Source: the human T2T-CHM13v2.0 reference genome, Homo sapiens. From it: a stretch of DNA of 64,000 bases. Location of the stretch: NCBI RefSeq assembly GCF_009914755.1, contig NC_060945.1; one strand, written 5' to 3'. The notes beneath the pieces are model-generated. The model had not been told where the DNA came from. It was given only the letters and a program-made list of their open reading frames with translations, and did no database searches. The position numbers were made by a program, and so were the translations under genes. This document shows, piece after piece, positions 60,601 through 64,000 of the stretch (the stretch's first letter is position 1; the number at the start of each line of letters is the position of its first letter).

Positions 60601-63500
60601 ACATAAAATAACAAAGTACACAAACTATACATTATATACTGTACATAAAATATGAAATTACATCAAATATATATTAGGTACATAAAATATGAAAGTACAT
60701 CAAATATAGATTATATACTGTACATAAAATATCAATGTACCCCAAATATATATTTTATACTCTACATGAAATATCAAAGTTCACAAACCATATATTATAT
60801 ACTGTACATAAAATATCAAAGTACCCAAGGTATATATTCTATACTATACAAAAAATATCAAAGTACCCAAAGCATGTGTTATATACTGTACATAAAATAT
60901 GAAAGTACATCAAATATATATTTTATTCTGTATATAAAATATCAAAGTACACCAGATATATATTCTATAGTGTACATAAAATATCAAAATACCCAAACTA
61001 TACATTATATACTGTACATAAAATATGAGATTACATCAAATATATATTATATTAGGTACATAAAATATGAAAGTACATCAAATATAGATTATATACTGTA
61101 CATAAAATATCAAAGTACCCCAAATATACATTATATACTCTACATGAAATATCAAAGTTCACAAACTATATATTATATACTGTACATAAAATATCAAAGT
61201 ACCCAAGGTATATATTCTATACTGTACAAAAAATATCAAAGTACCCAAAGCATGTATTATATACTGTATATAAAATAAGAAAGTACATTAAATATATATT
61301 TTATTCTGTACATAAAATATCAAAGTACACCAGATATATATTCTATAGTGTACATAAAATAACAAAGTACACAAACTATAAATTATATACTGTACATAAA
61401 ATATGAAATTACATCAAATATATATTAGGTACATAAAATATGAAACTACATCAAATATATATTATATACTGTACATATAATATCAATGTACCCCAAATAT
61501 ATATTTTATACTCTACATGAAATATCAAAGTTCACAAACCATACATTATATACTATACATAAAATATCAAAGTACCCAAGGTATATATTCTATACTGTAC
61601 AAAAAATATCAAAGTACCCAAAGCATGTATTATATACTCTACATAAAATATGAAAGTACATCAAATATATATTTTATTCTGTACATAAAATATCAAAGTA
61701 CACCAGATATATATTCTATAGTGTACATAAAGTAACAAAGTACACAAACTATACATTATATACTGTACATAAAATATGAAATTACATCAAATATATATTA
61801 GGTACATAAAATATGAAAGTACATCAAATATAGATTATATACTGTACATAAAATATCAATGTACCCCAAATATATATTTTATACTCTACATGAAATATGA
61901 AAGTTCACAAACCATATATTATATACTGTACATAAAATATCAAAGTACCCAATGTATATATTCTATACTATACAAAAAATATCAAAGTACCCAAAGCATG
62001 TATTATATACTGTACATAAAATATGAAAGTACATCAAATATATGTCTTATTCTGTACATAAAATATCAAAGTACCCAAACTATACATTATATACTGTACA
62101 TAAAATATGAAATTACATCAAATATATATTAGGTACATAAAATATGAAAGTACATCAAATATAGATTATATACTGTACATAAAATATCAAAGTACCCCAA
62201 ATATATATTATATACTCTACATGAAATATCAAAGTTCACAAACTATATATTATATACTGTACATATAATATGAAAGTACCCAAGGTATATATTCTATACT
62301 GTACAAAAAATATCAAAGTACCAAAAGCATGTATTATATACTGTATACAGAATATGAAAGTACATTAAATATATATTTTATTCTGTACATAAAATATCAA
62401 AGTACACCAGATATATATTCTATAGTGTACATAAAATAACAAAGTACACAAACTATAAATTATATACTGTACATAAAATATGAAATTACATCAAATATAT
62501 ATTAGGTACATAAAATATGAAAGTACATCAAATATAGATTATATACTGTACATATAATATCAATGTACCCCAAATATATATTTTATACTCTACATGAAAT
62601 ATCAAAGTTCACAAACCATACATTATATACTGTACATAAAATATCAAAGTACCCAAGGTATATATTCTATAGTGTACAAAAAATATGAAAGTACCCAAAG
62701 CATGTATTATATACTGTACATAAAATATGAAACTACATCAAATATATATTTTATTCTGTACATAAAATATCAAAGTACACCAGATATATATTCTATAGTG
62801 TACATAAAATATCAAATTACCCAAACTATACATTATATACTGTACATAAAATATGAAATTACATCAAATATATATTATATTAGGTACATAAAATATGAAA
62901 GTACATCAAATATAGATTATATACTGTACATAAAATATCAAAGTACCCCAAATATATATTATATAGTGTACATGAAATATCAAAGTTCACAACTATATAT
63001 TATATACTGTACATAAAATATCAAAGTCCCCAAGGTATATATTCTATACTGTACAAAAAATATCAAAGTACCCAAAGCATGTATTATATACTGTACATAA
63101 AATATGAAATTACATCAAATATATATTATATTAGGTACATAAAATATGAAAGTACATCAAATATAGATTATATACTGTACATAAAATATCAAAGTACCCC
63201 AAATATATATTATATACTGTACATGAAATATCAAAGTTCACAACTATATATTACATACTGTACATAAAATATCAAAGTACCCAATTTATATATTCTATAC
63301 TGTACAAAAAATATCAAAGTAACCAAAGCATGTATTATATACTGTACATAAAATATGAAAGTACATCAAATATATATTTTATTCTGTACATAAAATATCA
63401 AAGTACAGAAGATATATATTCTATAGTGTACATAAAATATCAAAGTACCCAAACTATACATTTTATACTGTACATAAAATATGAAATTACATCAAATATA
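51700..63500. repeat. Super-repeat marked four times, with successive periods 3381, 3953 and 4000 bp
   Basis: The private markers ACCCAATTTATAT (~51945, 55326, 59279, 63279) and AGTACAGAAGAT (~52068, 55449, 59402, 63402) each follow a 1-bp-deleted A (GTTCACAACTATAT). ORF starts agree: 51996/55377/59330, 57517/61517, 57776/61776, 58594/62594 and 59079/63079. Confidence 0.88.
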
Positions 63501-64000
63501 TATTAGGTACATAAAATATGAAAGTACATCAAATATAGATTATATACTGTACATTAAATATCAAAGTACCCGAAATATATATTATATACTGTACATGAAA
63601 TATCAAAGTTCACAAACTATATATTATATACTGTACATAAAATATCAAAGTACCTAAGGTATATATTCTATACTGTACAAAAAATATCAAAGTACCCAAA
63701 GCATGTATTATATACTGTATATAAAATATGAAAGTACATCAAATATATATTTTATTCTGTACAGAAAATATCAAAGTACACCAGATATATATTCTATAGT
63801 GTACATAAAATAACAAAGTACACAAACTATAAATTATATACTGTACATAAAATATGAAATTACATCAAATATATATTAGGTACATAAAATATGAAAGTAC
63901 ATCAAATATAGATTCTATACTGTACATATAATATCAATGTACCCCAAATATATATTTTATACTCTACATGAAATATCAAAGTTCACAAACCATATATTAT

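Larger units (their letters stand above)
1..64000. repeat. Classical satellite I / HSat1A (SAR) tandem array, 42-bp monomer, single orientation, extends beyond both window ends
   Basis: Continuous 42-bp periodicity. A typical monomer ACATAAAATATCAAAGT+ACCCAAACTATACATTATATACTGT counts as 20 A, 12 T, 8 C and 2 G (76% AT). Its GTAC (RsaI) sites give the alternating 17/25-bp pattern known for human satellite I. No unique sequence was seen anywhere. The family assignment comes from recall of the consensus, not from a database search. Confidence 0.95.

Noticed and set aside
21-63267. More than a hundred ORFs (60-527 aa) as protein-coding genes
   Set aside because: They are translations of the 42-bp (14-codon) satellite. 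They start and stop at random SNPs and indels, and nonsense and frameshift variants (TAA in F, the 5-bp deletion in G) are among the most amplified alleles. No domain or gene context is present.
57517-63500. Exactly 4000-bp offset as an artificial or assembly-generated duplication
   Set aside because: The copies differ at several SNPs, and 4000 follows from 3953+42+5, so the round number appears coincidental. Read support would settle it.
1-64000. CRISPR-like array (conserved TGTACATAAAATAT core alternating with variable segments)
   Set aside because: The variable parts are homologous to each other and recur every nine units, so there are no unique spacers. There is also no leader or cas gene.
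1-64000. Alpha satellite, HSat2/3 or HSat1B identity
   Set aside because: There is no 171-bp period or CENP-B box, no CATTC/GGAAT pentamers, and no Alu-derived GC-rich segment or ~2.4-kb unit.
1-64000. TATA boxes, promoters and terminators
   Set aside because: TATA-like and A/T-run motifs occur in every monomer as a result of composition, and nothing singles out any one site.
1-64000. Transposon or other unique insertion hidden in the array
   Set aside because: Reading through, I found no non-satellite stretch, poly(A) tail or target-site duplication. The longest A runs (8-9 nt, e.g. ~7601) are point variants of the C monomer start. A very short insertion could have been missed by eye.
1-64000. 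Assignment to a specific chromosome or species
   Set aside because: HSat1A occurs on several human chromosomes and in apes, so placement needs k-mer mapping that cannot be done here.

Overview
The whole 64 kb window is one uninterrupted, single-orientation, very AT-rich tandem satellite array. Its 42-bp monomer (a 17-bp part ACATAAAATAT[C/G]AAAGT plus a 25-bp part such as ACCCAAACTATACATTATATACTGT, both bounded by GTAC) and its 9-monomer, 378-bp higher-order unit match human/primate classical satellite I, subfamily HSat1A (SAR), which is pericentromeric or acrocentric heterochromatin. I found no credible gene, RNA gene, transposon insertion or CRISPR array. The many Y/I/K-rich ORFs arise because 42 bp is 14 codons and one frame of the consensus lacks stops. 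I label the monomers by their in-frame translation: A=MKYQSSQTIYYILY, B=IKYQSTQGIYSILY, C=KKYQSTQSMYYILY, D=IKYESTSNIYFILY, E=IKYQSTPDIYSIVY, F=IKYQSTQTIHYILY, G=IKYEITSNIYYIRY, H=IKYESTSNIDYILY, I=IKYQSTPNIYYILY. The structure of interest is architectural: (1) two interleaved 9-mer haplotypes of 378 and 373 bp; (2) a distinct ~11 kb sub-lineage at ~2.9-13.8 kb with its own SNPs, a recurrent CpG and a 5-mer cassette; (3) several local super-repeats, three of them with a ~3.37-3.39 kb period (nine 9-mers) and one that grows 3381>3953>4000 bp; (4) monomer-register gains and losses, and a probable conversion patch. All offsets were read by eye from marker variants and ORF-track coordinates, so boundaries are approximate. 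I cannot tell whether these sub-structures have already been described, and I see no evidence for a new gene-encoded system.
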